This document shows, piece by piece, positions 1 to 9,958 of a stretch of 64,000 nucleotides of DNA. The stretch is from an uncultured Gammaproteobacteria bacterium (GTDB lineage Bacteria; Patescibacteriota; Microgenomatia; Levybacterales; UBA12049): assembly GCA_964637955.1 (NCBI GenBank), contig CAZWXQ010000003.1, positions 159,154-223,153 on the forward strand, written 5' to 3'. The notes under the pieces are model-generated. The model was not told where the DNA came from. It did no database searches and saw only the letters and a program-made list of their open reading frames with translations. A program made the position numbers and the translations under genes. Position 1 is the stretch's first letter; each line of letters opens with the position of its first letter.

Positions 1-245
1 CAAGAAGTGAGGATGTGGAAAAAATAATAGATGATATACAGGCAGGCATTAAGAAAAAGGATGCGAAAGTATTTAAATTAGTTGATAGAAAAGATGCTAT
101 TGAAGCTGCTGTTGAAATGGCTGGAAAAAATGACATGGTAGTAATTACAGGAAAAGCACATGAGAAATCAATGACCTACGGAAGCGAGGAAACACCTTGG
201 GATGAATATAAAGTCGTAATGGATGCAATTAGAACCCGAAAATAA
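1..245 (+). CDS. murE: UDP-N-acetylmuramoyl-tripeptide ligase MurE, C-terminal fragment; the 5' end lies outside the window
   Basis: Reading frame is open from position 3 (..RSEDVEKIIDD..). The C-terminal motif VVITGKAHE matches the Mur ligase C-terminal domain (AGKGHE). The track start at 15 is a GTG. It sits directly upstream of murC in a dcw-type cluster. Confidence 0.6.
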   Translation, partial: RSEDVEKIIDDIQAGIKKKDAKVFKLVDRKDAIEAAVEMAGKNDMVVITGKAHEKSMTYGSEETPWDEYKVVMDAIRTRK

Positions 246-250
246 ACTTA

Positions 251-1669
251 ATGAATAAATTTAAAAAAATTCACTTTGTTGGCATAAAAGGAGTTGGCGT
301 TGCGCCTCTTGCAATTATCGCAAAAGAAGCTGGTGTTGAAGTTACTGGTTCAGATGTCTCTGATCATTTTATAACTGATAAACAGCTCATTAATTCCGGA
401 ATAAATATTCTTGAAGGTTTTGATAAGTCAAATATTAAAAATCCAGACTTAGTAATTTCGACCGGTGCCCATGGTGGACTTGAAAATGTAGAGGTGGTTG
501 AGGCAAAAGAAAAAAACATTCCCGTAATGTTGCAAGGTGAAGCGCTGGGTAAATTTCAGGACGGAGAAATATTTGATAAAAAATTTGTAGGTGTTTCGGT
601 GGCTGGTTCGCACGGAAAAACTACTACCACTGCTATTATTGCAACAATATTATCTAAAAATAATTTAGACCCATCTTATGTGATTGGAACAGGAGAAATT
701 CCAACGCTGAAAAATTCTGGACATTTTGGTAAAGGAAATTATTTCGTTACTGAAGCAGATGAATATTTTACAGATATTAAGTTCGATAGAATCCCAAAAT
801 TTTTATATCAAAACCCTAAGGCAATTATCATTACAAATATCGATTTTGATCATCCAGATGTTTTTGAAAATCAAAATCATATGGAGAATGCATTTCTTGA
901 TTTTACTCAGAAATTATCTACTGATGGAGTGCTTGTAATATGTGGTGATGGGAATAATAATCGGCAATTTATTTCTAAATTAATTCATCCTCATATCTCT
1001 TATGGAATTTCTCCTGACAATGATTATATTATTGAGAAAATAAATTTTGATTCAGAAAAAATGTTTTTTTGGGTTAGATCAAAAGAAACTCTTCTTGGGG
1101 AATTCTCAGTAAATATTTTTGGGGAACACAACGCTCTAAATTGTTTAGGTGCAATTGTAATCTGTTTGGAGCTAGGTCTTTCAATAGAGCAAATTAAAAA
1201 AGGCTTAAGTGAATTTAAAGGAACAAAGCGAAGAGCAGAATTTATTGGTAAGACGATAAATGGAGCAACTTTATATGATGATTATGCTCATCATCCATCA
1301 GAAATTAAAGAAACGCTTCAGGCGTTTAGAAAAAGATTTCCAAAGCGAAACATTGTTACAATCTTTCAGCCTCACATGTATTCAAGAACTAAAACATTAT
1401 TTGGTGATTTTGTAAATTCATTTACTGATACCGATGAAGTTATTATTACTGAAATTTTCCCTTCATTTAGAGAGCCAATTGATTGCAATTTTTCTTCAAA
1501 GCAGATAGTGGATGAATTAATAAAAAAACAAAAAAAGGCAACTTATTTTCCTTCAAATTTGGATGTGATAGAATACATTTCTTCTCAGAATTATTCTAAC
1601 AATACTGTTATTATTACTATGGGAGCAGGAGACATTTATAAGATAGGAGAAAAATTAATCAATGGATAA
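251..1669 (+). CDS. murC: UDP-N-acetylmuramate--L-alanine ligase
   Basis: N-terminus IHFVGIKGVGVAPLAIIAKEAGVEVTGSD matches the MurC signature. It has the Mur ligase P-loop GSHGKTTTT and is 472 aa. ATG confirmed at 251. Confidence 0.9.
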   Translation: MNKFKKIHFVGIKGVGVAPLAIIAKEAGVEVTGSDVSDHFITDKQLINSGINILEGFDKSNIKNPDLVISTGAHGGLENVEVVEAKEKNIPVMLQGEALGKFQDGEIFDKKFVGVSVAGSHGKTTTTAIIATILSKNNLDPSYVIGTGEIPTLKNSGHFGKGNYFVTEADEYFTDIKFDRIPKFLYQNPKAIIITNIDFDHPDVFENQNHMENAFLDFTQKLSTDGVLVICGDGNNNRQFISKLIHPHISYGISPDNDYIIEKINFDSEKMFFWVRSKETLLGEFSVNIFGEHNALNCLGAIVICLELGLSIEQIKKGLSEFKGTKRRAEFIGKTINGATLYDDYAHHPSEIKETLQAFRKRFPKRNIVTIFQPHMYSRTKTLFGDFVNSFTDTDEVIITEIFPSFREPIDCNFSSKQIVDELIKKQKKATYFPSNLDVIEYISSQNYSNNTVIITMGAGDIYKIGEKLING

Positions 1670-2993
1670 GTTTAAAATAAATGGAGGGAAAAGATTAGTA
1701 GGTGAAGCAAATGTGAGTGGGGCAAAAAACATGGCTTTAAAAGCTATTGTAGCTGCATGTTTAACCGCGGAAGAAGTAACACTTGATAATATTCCCTTAA
1801 TCTCGGATCTGTTTGTAATGACAGATATAGTTGAGGAGTTGGGTGGAAGAATTGATGTTCAAAACCATACTATTAAATTACAGCTTTCTGAAATTAAGAA
1901 AAATAAAATTTCACTTGAAAAAGCTGCAGAAACCAGAACTTCAGCAATGTTTATGGCACCTCTGTTAGCAAGAAAAGGCGAAGCAATAATTCCAAATCCT
2001 GGAGGATGTAGAATTGGTTCGCGCCCGATAGATAGGACTATCGAAGGACTTGAGCAAATGGGCGTTGAAGTAGATTATAAAAGTGAGGATGGATTTTTTT
2101 ACTTAAAAGCTGAAAATGGACTAACAGGGATTGATTATACATTCAAAAAAAGTACTCATACAGGTACAGAGACAATGATATTAGCTGCAGTTTTGGCTAA
2201 TGGAACTACCATTCTTCGAAATTCTGCGCAGGAGCCCGAGATTAATGAGTTAATGGATCTTCTTAATAAAATGGGGGCGAATATTAAAAAGTTAGATTCT
2301 AGGACGATTGAAATAGTTGGAGCTGAGAGATTGCATGGGGCTGAATTTAAAGTAGGTCCAGATAGGAATGAGGTTGTAACTTTAGCAATTGCGGCTATTA
2401 TTACAAAGGGAGATATTAAGATTAAAAATGTAGGCAAGTGTGATCTTTCTGCGTTTTTAGAAAAGATGGAAGAGGTGGGTGCCGGTATTGAAAAAGGTAG
2501 AGATGATATTAGATTTTTTTATAAAGGAGAAATTAAAGCAGTCGATATGGAGACAACGCCTTATCCAGGTTTTATGACCGATTGGCAGGCTCCGTGGGCA
2601 GTTTTAATGACTCAGGCAAGAGGAGAATCAATAATTCATGAAAGAGTTTACGAAAGTAGATTTGGATATGTTGAACAGCTTCAAAAAATGGGAGCGGATA
2701 TTGAGCTTTTTAATCCAGAGGTAGATAATCCTGATGAATTTTATAATTTTAATATTGAAGATGATAAAAAAACAAATAAGCACGCCGCAAAAATAAAAGG
2801 TCCAACTGATCTCCATAATGCTATCGTAACTATTACTGATCTAAGAGCTGGTGCAACGCTTGTTCTTGCTGCAGTTGCTGCTCAAGGAGAAAGTGTTCTT
2901 TTAGAAATCCAGCACTTGGATAGAGGTTATGAGAAGTTTGAGAATAGATTGAATAGTCTTGGGGCGGATATCAGAAGAGTTAACAATGAATAA
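1662..2993 (+). CDS. murA: UDP-N-acetylglucosamine 1-carboxyvinyltransferase
   Basis: INGGKRLVGEANVSGAKNMALKAIVAACL matches the MurA N-terminus. The active-site loop NPGGCRIGSRPID contains the catalytic Cys. 443 aa. It overlaps murC by 8 nt. Confidence 0.9.
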   Translation: MDKFKINGGKRLVGEANVSGAKNMALKAIVAACLTAEEVTLDNIPLISDLFVMTDIVEELGGRIDVQNHTIKLQLSEIKKNKISLEKAAETRTSAMFMAPLLARKGEAIIPNPGGCRIGSRPIDRTIEGLEQMGVEVDYKSEDGFFYLKAENGLTGIDYTFKKSTHTGTETMILAAVLANGTTILRNSAQEPEINELMDLLNKMGANIKKLDSRTIEIVGAERLHGAEFKVGPDRNEVVTLAIAAIITKGDIKIKNVGKCDLSAFLEKMEEVGAGIEKGRDDIRFFYKGEIKAVDMETTPYPGFMTDWQAPWAVLMTQARGESIIHERVYESRFGYVEQLQKMGADIELFNPEVDNPDEFYNFNIEDDKKTNKHAAKIKGPTDLHNAIVTITDLRAGATLVLAAVAAQGESVLLEIQHLDRGYEKFENRLNSLGADIRRVNNE

Positions 2994-3729
2994 TATTGGT
3001 GCAATAATTCTTGCTGCTGGAAAAGGAACTCGAATGAATTCCACAGATATAAATAAAGTTGCTCTTCATCTGGGAGAAAAGCCAATGGTTCGTCACGCTG
3101 TTGAAAGATTGGAATCTATAAAGATTGAATTAATAGTAGTGGTTGTAGGATTTGCACAAGAGTCAGTTATTAATAGTCTGAAAGGTACTAAAGCGGTTTT
3201 TGCTGAGCAGGAAATTCCTCAAGGAACAGGCCATGCATTAAGCTGTGGGCTTTCAAAAGTTTCTGAAAACATCGAACATGTTTTGGTAATGAATGGTGAT
3301 GATTCAGCTTTTTACGGTAAGGAAATTCTTGAGAAATTGATCTTGTGCCATTTGGAAGCAGATGCCGACGTTACTCTTCTGACGATTGAAAAAGACAACC
3401 CTTTTGGATTAGGAAGGATAGTTAGGGATAACGAAGGTAGGCTCATTGATATTATCGAAGAAAAAAATGCAACTGAAGAGGAAAGATTAATTAAAGAAGT
3501 TAATCCTGGTTGTTATATTTTTCGATCGTCGTTTTTAAATGGTCATAAAGATAAAATTAAAAAAAATGAATTGACTGGCGAATATTATATTAATAATTTT
3601 ATTCAGATGGCGGTAGAAGAGGGACTAAAAGTAGAGACTTTAAGAGAATCAATTCCATGGAGAGGTGTAAATACAAAAGAAGAATTAGAAGAAGCAGAGA
3701 AACTACATGCACAAACTTTAGGCAGTTAG
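2986..3729 (+). CDS. Sugar-1-phosphate nucleotidyltransferase, GlmU N-terminal (uridyltransferase) domain only; no left-handed beta-helix acetyltransferase domain
   Basis: GAIILAAGKGTRM is the NTP-transferase signature. The protein is about 247 aa from the ATG at 2986. The track start at 2959 is a TTG. Only 50 nt separate it from mraY, leaving no room for the acetyltransferase half. Confidence 0.6.
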   Translation: MNNIGAIILAAGKGTRMNSTDINKVALHLGEKPMVRHAVERLESIKIELIVVVVGFAQESVINSLKGTKAVFAEQEIPQGTGHALSCGLSKVSENIEHVLVMNGDDSAFYGKEILEKLILCHLEADADVTLLTIEKDNPFGLGRIVRDNEGRLIDIIEEKNATEEERLIKEVNPGCYIFRSSFLNGHKDKIKKNELTGEYYINNFIQMAVEEGLKVETLRESIPWRGVNTKEELEEAEKLHAQTLGS

Positions 3730-3779
3730 ATTCATCTTTGATTTGTTAAAGCATAACTAAAGATATATAATTAGATCTT

Positions 3780-4793
3780 ATGGAACAGCTTTTGGGACTA
3801 ACTTTGCTCTCGCTCTTTTTTACAGGCATACTTATCGTTCCATTTATAGACTTTCTTTATAAGATAAAACTGAGACGTCAGAAGCAAAACACAGTAGATA
3901 TTTTTAATAAACCCACTCCTACTTTTGACAAATATAATCAGTGGAAAGTAGGCACTCCTTTTGGAGGGGGACTTATAATTATTGCTGTTGTAACAATATT
4001 ATCTCTCTGGAGTTATGGAATTTTTAGTGTTAAAGCAAATCCCTGGGCAGTATTTGTGTTATTATTCTCGTTTATAAGTTTCGGGATTTTAGGCTTTTAT
4101 GATGATCTGAAAAAGTTAGTCAATAATCCGAGTAAATATCATTTTTTTGGTTTGAGATTTAGGTACAAATTTATTATCCAATGGATATTGGCATTTTTTA
4201 TTGCATTTATTTTATATTATAAGTTGGGATATTCAACAATTTTTGTAAGTGGGTTGGGCTCAATTGATTTGGGGTACGTTTATATTCTAATGGCTGCATT
4301 TGCAATTGTTTCTTTTGCGAATGCATTTAATATCGCAGATGGTTTGGATGGATTAGCGTCGGGACTTCTTCTTATTTGTCTTGGAGCATTTTTAGCAATT
4401 TCTTCAACGCAGCTAGATTCAACTCTTGGTATTTTTATTGCAGTGCTTGCAGGTAGCGTTACTGCATTCCTCTACTTTAATATTTATAAAGCGAGAATTT
4501 GGCTAGGAGATGTGGGGTCTTTGTCACTTGGCGCAAGTCTTGCCGTGATAGGTCTACTTTCTGGAAAAATTTTGGCTCTCGCAGTGATAGGTGGAGTATT
4601 TGTTTTGGAAGTAGGATCGTCATTGATTCAACTTATATCAAAAAAATATTTTGGAAGAAAAATTTTTCCAGCAGCACCTTTTCATTTATTGCTCTTAAAA
4701 CGAGGTTGGGAGGAGCCAAAAATAGTTATGAGAGCTTGGCTTTTTGGATTTTTCTTTGCAGTTCTTGGATTATATATTGCGCTACTTACATAA
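3780..4793 (+). CDS. mraY: Phospho-N-acetylmuramoyl-pentapeptide transferase
   Basis: The MraY signature NAFNIADGLDGLASG is present in a polytopic membrane protein of 337 aa. Confidence 0.9.
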   Translation: MEQLLGLTLLSLFFTGILIVPFIDFLYKIKLRRQKQNTVDIFNKPTPTFDKYNQWKVGTPFGGGLIIIAVVTILSLWSYGIFSVKANPWAVFVLLFSFISFGILGFYDDLKKLVNNPSKYHFFGLRFRYKFIIQWILAFFIAFILYYKLGYSTIFVSGLGSIDLGYVYILMAAFAIVSFANAFNIADGLDGLASGLLLICLGAFLAISSTQLDSTLGIFIAVLAGSVTAFLYFNIYKARIWLGDVGSLSLGASLAVIGLLSGKILALAVIGGVFVLEVGSSLIQLISKKYFGRKIFPAAPFHLLLLKRGWEEPKIVMRAWLFGFFFAVLGLYIALLT

Positions 4794-4826
4794 CTACTTT
4801 TAATTATTGTTATAATAAATTAGTTC

Positions 4827-5897
4827 ATGAGAAAAGCTGATTTTGCTCTCCTTTTTGCTGTTTTTAGTTTAACTGCTTTTGGTTTATTTATGATTTATGA
4901 TGCCTCAAGCTATGTGGCGTTTAGGGATTTTGGTGATAAGTATAGTTATTTTAAAAGCCAAACTACCTGGGCAATTTTAGGATTTATTGCTCTTGGTATA
5001 ATATCTTTTTTTGATTATAAAAAATATTATAATTTAGCGCTGCCTATTCTTGTTGCTTCAATAATATTACTTGTGGTGGTACTTATTCCTGGTGTGGGTA
5101 TTTCTGCTCTTGGTGCAAGAAGGTGGATAAATTTAGGATTCTTTGTGCTTCAGCCATCAGAATTCGTTAAGCTTGCGCTTATAATTTATTTGTCAGCATG
5201 GTTTTCTACAAAAGAAAAAGGAAGATTTATGGCATTCTTGCTTCTAATTGGATTAGTTCTTGGTCTCGTAATGCTTCAGCCCGATATGGGAACGGCTATT
5301 ATAATTCTCGGTCTTTCTGTGATTATTTATTTTCTGTCTGGGGGAAATGTACTACATCTTTTGGCACTTGCGCCTGTTGTCGGTATTGCAGGGATTGCGC
5401 TAATAATACTTGAGCCATATAGACTTGCTCGTCTTACGACATTTTTAAATCCTGAGCAAAATGTTTTGGGTTCCTCATATCATCTTCGCCAAATTTTGAT
5501 CGCGCTTGGATCAGGAGGATTGTTTGGTGTTGGATTTGGGAATTCTCTTCAAAAATATGCATATTTACCTGAGGCAACTACTGACTCAATTTTTGCTATT
5601 ATGGCTGAGGAGATAGGATTTTTTGGTGTAATTATATTTGTCGGAGTTGTGCTGTTTGTCGTATACAGAGGATTTCATATAGCAATGCACGCTCCAGATG
5701 CATTTGGAAAATTGCTAGCAGCTGGGATTACATCATTTATTGCAATTCAAGCTGTAGTAAACCTTAGTGCTCAAACTGCGCTTATGCCTTTAACAGGCGT
5801 TCCGTTGCCTTTTATTTCTTATGGAGGCTCTGCTTTAATTATTAATCTTGTTTCAATTGGGATTCTTCTTAATATTTCAAGACAAAGTAAGGTTTGA
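4827..5897 (+). CDS. ftsW: SEDS-family peptidoglycan glycosyltransferase FtsW
   Basis: Polytopic SEDS protein with the C-terminal PFISYGGSALI motif. It sits between mraY and murG. Confidence 0.8.
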   Translation: MRKADFALLFAVFSLTAFGLFMIYDASSYVAFRDFGDKYSYFKSQTTWAILGFIALGIISFFDYKKYYNLALPILVASIILLVVVLIPGVGISALGARRWINLGFFVLQPSEFVKLALIIYLSAWFSTKEKGRFMAFLLLIGLVLGLVMLQPDMGTAIIILGLSVIIYFLSGGNVLHLLALAPVVGIAGIALIILEPYRLARLTTFLNPEQNVLGSSYHLRQILIALGSGGLFGVGFGNSLQKYAYLPEATTDSIFAIMAEEIGFFGVIIFVGVVLFVVYRGFHIAMHAPDAFGKLLAAGITSFIAIQAVVNLSAQTALMPLTGVPLPFISYGGSALIINLVSIGILLNISRQSKV

Positions 5898-5909
5898 TAA
5901 AATTTAAAT

Positions 5910-7010
5910 ATGAGAATTGTAATAATTGGTGGACATTTAACACCAGCGCTTTCAGTAATTGAAGAGCTACCTGATGATTCAAGTCTAATTTATATTGGTC
6001 GTAAGCATGCCTTAGAGGGTGACAAGGCAATTTCATTAGAATATGAAACCATAGCTAAAAAAGGAATCCCGTTTTATGTTTTAAAAACTGGTAGGATTCA
6101 AAGAAGGCCTACGAGACATACTATTCCTTCACTGTCTAAAATTCCATTTGGATATTTTCAATCAATTAAAATTCTTAGGAATTTTAAACCAAATGTAGTT
6201 GTGGGTTTCGGGGGCTATGTTAGTTTCCCGGTTATATTGGCAGCAAAAACTCTAAAAATTCCCATAATTATTCATGAGCAGACGATGGAAGCAGGCGCAG
6301 CAAATAGAACCGCTTCAAAATTTGCCACTAAAGTTTGTATTTCATTTGAATCATCAAGGAAATATTTCCCTAAAGAAAAAACAGTTTTGACAGGGAATCC
6401 TGTTAGAAAAACCATTTTGTCTCCAGAGTTAGCTTTTAAAACAACTAGTCCCGGCCCTATTATTTACATTACCGGTGGAAGTCTGGGGTCTCATTTTATT
6501 AATTCATTGGTTTCAGGTTGTCTCGCAAAACTTCTGGATAAGTACACGATTATTCATCAGACAGGTGGCGCCACTGAGTTTAATGATTTTGAAAAGTTAA
6601 ATATTCTTCGCGATGGATTAAATAAAAATAGAGAAAAATATATTATTTCAAAATACTTTTCTACTGAAGAAATTGGGAGTATCCTAAAATCTTCTACATT
6701 GGTTGTAAGCAGAGCGGGAATTAATTCAGTATCAGAGTTAATTATTCTAAAAAAACCATCACTTCTTATTCCTTTGCCTGTTTCACAAAAAGATGAACAG
6801 CTTAAAAATGCCAATCTCGTTGAAAAAGTTGGTCTTGGTGAAGTCGCACTTCAGAAAGAATTATCGCCTGAAATATTTTTATCCAAAATAAATAAGATGA
6901 TGGACAACATTGATAATTATAAATTTAATAGTACCGAAAGGAGTTTTCCTAAAAATGCTGCTAAAAAAATAGTAGACACTATATATGAAATTCAACAAGA
7001 CAGTAACTAA
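5910..7010 (+). CDS. murG: UDP-GlcNAc:Mur-pentapeptide-PP-undecaprenol GlcNAc transferase
   Basis: N-terminus MRIVIIGGHLTPALSVIEEL matches the MurG G-loop and the fold is GT28-like. 366 aa. Confidence 0.85.
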   Translation: MRIVIIGGHLTPALSVIEELPDDSSLIYIGRKHALEGDKAISLEYETIAKKGIPFYVLKTGRIQRRPTRHTIPSLSKIPFGYFQSIKILRNFKPNVVVGFGGYVSFPVILAAKTLKIPIIIHEQTMEAGAANRTASKFATKVCISFESSRKYFPKEKTVLTGNPVRKTILSPELAFKTTSPGPIIYITGGSLGSHFINSLVSGCLAKLLDKYTIIHQTGGATEFNDFEKLNILRDGLNKNREKYIISKYFSTEEIGSILKSSTLVVSRAGINSVSELIILKKPSLLIPLPVSQKDEQLKNANLVEKVGLGEVALQKELSPEIFLSKINKMMDNIDNYKFNSTERSFPKNAAKKIVDTIYEIQQDSN

Positions 7011-7401
7011 AAAGGAAAAAAAAGAAGCATCAAAAAGAAGAAATGGTTTTTTATTAATTTTTTTAGGATTGGTGGCTTTAAATATAGTACTTTTATATTC
7101 AGCTTTTTTTGAAAAACCAAAACCTATCTTAAATCCACTTTCAAAAAATCAAATTTCATCAAGTCAAATAATTGAAAAAAAAATAAAAGAGTCAGGAGTT
7201 AGATATCAAAGCATTTCAACAGAAAAGGATTTAACATACTTAATTAAGCTTGATCCGAAGGGCGAAGTAGTTATGGATCCTAGTAAAGATGTTGATCGAC
7301 AATTATCCTCTTTACAACTTATCCTCAAACAACTTAAAATAGAAGGAAAGGCGCTCAAGCGTTTGGATTTCAGGTACGAAAAGCCAATAATCACCTTTTA
7401 A
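6985..7401 (+). CDS. Small bitopic membrane protein in the ftsQ position (FtsQ/DivIB- or FtsB/FtsL-like); identity uncertain
   Basis: 138 aa with a basic N-terminus, one TM helix (FLLIFLGLVALNIVLLYSAFF) and about 95 extracytoplasmic residues. Its position between murG and ftsA is where ftsQ normally lies. Confidence 0.35.
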   Translation: MKFNKTVTKKEKKEASKRRNGFLLIFLGLVALNIVLLYSAFFEKPKPILNPLSKNQISSSQIIEKKIKESGVRYQSISTEKDLTYLIKLDPKGEVVMDPSKDVDRQLSSLQLILKQLKIEGKALKRLDFRYEKPIITF

Positions 7402-7403
7402 TA

Positions 7404-8708
7404 ATGACAGAAGGAAAAATTGTAGTCGGAGTAGACATAGGAACCTCAAAAATTGTTACTATCATTGCAAAAATAGACGATGCAGTGAATGTGCTTGGCG
7501 TGTCTGATATTCCATCTTCAGGAATTAAGAAAGGCCAAATCGTAAATATTGAAGAAGCAGTCGTTGCTATTAATACTTCCATCGAGGCTGCCGAGAGAAT
7601 GGCTGGAGTTTCTGTAAGTCGAGTTATAGCTTCAATTGGAGGAAGTAATATCGAATCTCAAAATTCAAGAGGAGTTGTGGCTGTTTCTCAACCAGAGGGA
7701 GAGATAAATCCAGGAGATGTTTCAAGAGTTATTGATGCTGCAAAAGCAGTTTCCATGCCTTCTACTCGCGAAATAATTCACGTACTTCCTCGTAGCTTTA
7801 CGGTTGATGGTCAAGAAGGAATTAAAGACCCCGTAGGAATGACAGGAACTAGGCTTGAGGTTGAAACGCACATTGTAACTGCAGGAAGTCCTGCTGTCAG
7901 AAATCTAGAAAAAGCTTTTTCTCAGGTGGGCGTAGATGTTGATGGGTTAGTTTTTTCAGGTTATGCAAGCGGTCTTTCTGTACTTTCTGAGACAGAGAAA
8001 GAGCTTGGAGTAGTTCTTATTGATATAGGTGCAGGAACAACGGACATCTCTATTTACATTGATGGCTCCGTCGCATATTCATCAGTTCTTCCAATTGGCG
8101 CAAGACATATCACGAATGATCTGGCGATAGGTCTTAGAATTTCCCTAGAATCAGCTGAGAAAGTAAAGCTTTTCTTGTCGCGTCCAAAAAAGAAGGTAAT
8201 AAGCTATGAGGATGCATTAAATATAGATGAAAAGAAAGATAAAGCAGCGGCTGCAGATGAATTGGACTTGGCTTCTCTTGGACTTCCAGAGCAATTGAAT
8301 AAAGTATCACAGAAGACGTTGGTTGATGGGATAATTAGGCCTCGACTTAACGAAATATTTACCATGGTAGGTCTCGAGATTAAGAAATCAGGATTCGGAG
8401 GGCAAACGCCTTCAGGTTTAGTTGTGACTGGTGGAGGAGCAAGAACCATAGGGGCAGTTGAATCAGCTAAAAGAATGCTTGCAATGCCTGTAAGAGTAGG
8501 TCAGCCACAAGACATGAAGGGGATTATTGATGAAATTCAGGATACACCTTTTGCTGCTGTGGTTGGATTGACGATATATGGAGCTTTGCAGGGAGTTGAA
8601 TCCACCTCTTCATTCAAGATGAAGCTGCCAAAAGGAATTCCATCAGTGAGGATGCCTGGAAAAATGCCGAAAAAGATTATGGATCTTATAAAATCTTTTA
8701 TTCCGTAG
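7404..8708 (+). CDS. ftsA: Cell division protein FtsA
   Basis: N-terminus VVGVDIGTSKIVTII shows the actin-like ATPase fold. 434 aa, immediately upstream of ftsZ. Confidence 0.9.
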   Translation: MTEGKIVVGVDIGTSKIVTIIAKIDDAVNVLGVSDIPSSGIKKGQIVNIEEAVVAINTSIEAAERMAGVSVSRVIASIGGSNIESQNSRGVVAVSQPEGEINPGDVSRVIDAAKAVSMPSTREIIHVLPRSFTVDGQEGIKDPVGMTGTRLEVETHIVTAGSPAVRNLEKAFSQVGVDVDGLVFSGYASGLSVLSETEKELGVVLIDIGAGTTDISIYIDGSVAYSSVLPIGARHITNDLAIGLRISLESAEKVKLFLSRPKKKVISYEDALNIDEKKDKAAAADELDLASLGLPEQLNKVSQKTLVDGIIRPRLNEIFTMVGLEIKKSGFGGQTPSGLVVTGGGARTIGAVESAKRMLAMPVRVGQPQDMKGIIDEIQDTPFAAVVGLTIYGALQGVESTSSFKMKLPKGIPSVRMPGKMPKKIMDLIKSFIP

Positions 8709-8769
8709 CTTACTGAAGAAACTTATTCTACTTGCAAATAGAGTACTCATTTGATACGATTTCCAGGCT

Positions 8770-9957
8770 ATGCTCATAAAGCCTCAAACAACTAATTTCG
8801 CAAAAATTCGAGTTATGGGTATAGGTGGTGGAGGAGGAAATGCTCTAAACTCCATGATCTCCCAGTCTTCAATTCAAGGCGTAGACTTCATAGCTGTTAA
8901 TACTGACGCCCAGGCACTTCTTCTTAATCAAGCAGCCACAAAAGTTCAGATTGGAGAAGACTATACGAAAGGACTTGGTTCTGGAGGAAATCCAGAAGTG
9001 GGAGGAAATGCTGCGGAAGAATCCTATGAAAAGCTAAAAGACATTCTTCAAGGGACTGATATGGTGTTTTTAACCGCTGGAATGGGTGGGGGGACAGGAA
9101 CCGGGGCAACTCCGGTAATCGCACGCGCAGCAAAAGAAGTGGGGGCGCTTACCGTAGCAGTCGTTACTAAGCCATTTACTTTTGAAGGGACTCGCAGAAT
9201 GGTGTCTGCCGAAGAAGGAATAGAGCTTCTTAAAGATAAAGTCGATACTTTGATTACTATACCAAACCAACGAATTCTTGATGTTGTGGATAAAAAATTG
9301 TCCCTTCTTGAAGCATTTAAGGTAGCAGATTCAGTTCTTACACAGGGAGTGCAGGGAATTTCTGATCTTATTACTATGCCAGGACTTATTAACGTCGATT
9401 TCGCTGATGTAAGAACCATCATGCAAAATGCAGGCTCATCTCTTATGGGTATTGGAACAGGAGTTGGTGAAAATAGAGCACAAGCAGCGGCTCGTTCAGC
9501 TATTGCGTCACCACTTCTCGAGATCACTATGGATGGAGCGCGTGGAGTTCTATTTAATGTGATAGGAGGTCCAGATCTTACTATGAATGAGGTAGATGAA
9601 GCTGCAAAGATTATAGCTTCGGCAGCCGATAGTGACGCAAACATCATTTTTGGAGCTACTATTGATGAGTCTATGCGTGATCAAATGAAAATTACTGTTA
9701 TAGCAACAGGATTTGATAGCGCTCGTCAAACTCTTCGTGAATTTGTTACTCCAGCTTCAGCAGCTTCTTATGCAGGTGGTGGGAATTCATTTGGTCAATC
9801 TATAAATCAGCAAAATGATGATGATCATTCAAGTAATAATCAAAATATTTCCAATCAAAATATAAATACTCCAAATAATATGCCAGGCTCAGCTCCAGCG
9901 GAAGAGCCCGATGAAGAGGTCTGGGACATTCCCGCATTCCTTCGACAAAAGAATTAA
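8770..9957 (+). CDS. ftsZ: Cell division GTPase FtsZ
   Basis: Contains the tubulin signature [13 protein letters not shown] and [15 protein letters not shown]. The C-terminal peptide [10 protein letters not shown] is the conserved FtsA/ZipA-binding tail. Confidence 0.95.
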   Translation: MLIKPQTTNFAKIRVMGIGGGGGNALNSMISQSSIQGVDFIAVNTDAQALLLNQAATKVQIGEDYTKGLGSGGNPEVGGNAAEESYEKLKDILQGTDMVFLTAGMGGGTGTGATPVIARAAKEVGALTVAVVTKPFTFEGTRRMVSAEEGIELLKDKVDTLITIPNQRILDVVDKKLSLLEAFKVADSVLTQGVQGISDLITMPGLINVDFADVRTIMQNAGSSLMGIGTGVGENRAQAAARSAIASPLLEITMDGARGVLFNVIGGPDLTMNEVDEAAKIIASAADSDANIIFGATIDESMRDQMKITVIATGFDSARQTLREFVTPASAASYAGGGNSFGQSINQQNDDDHSSNNQNISNQNINTPNNMPGSAPAEEPDEEVWDIPAFLRQKN

Positions 9958-9958
9958 C

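Noticed and set aside
9911-9958. NUDIX ORF start at 9911 overlapping the ftsZ 3' end
   Set aside because: The ATG at 9959 lies 1 nt after the ftsZ stop and fits the tight spacing seen elsewhere. The upstream extension would be translated from within ftsZ.
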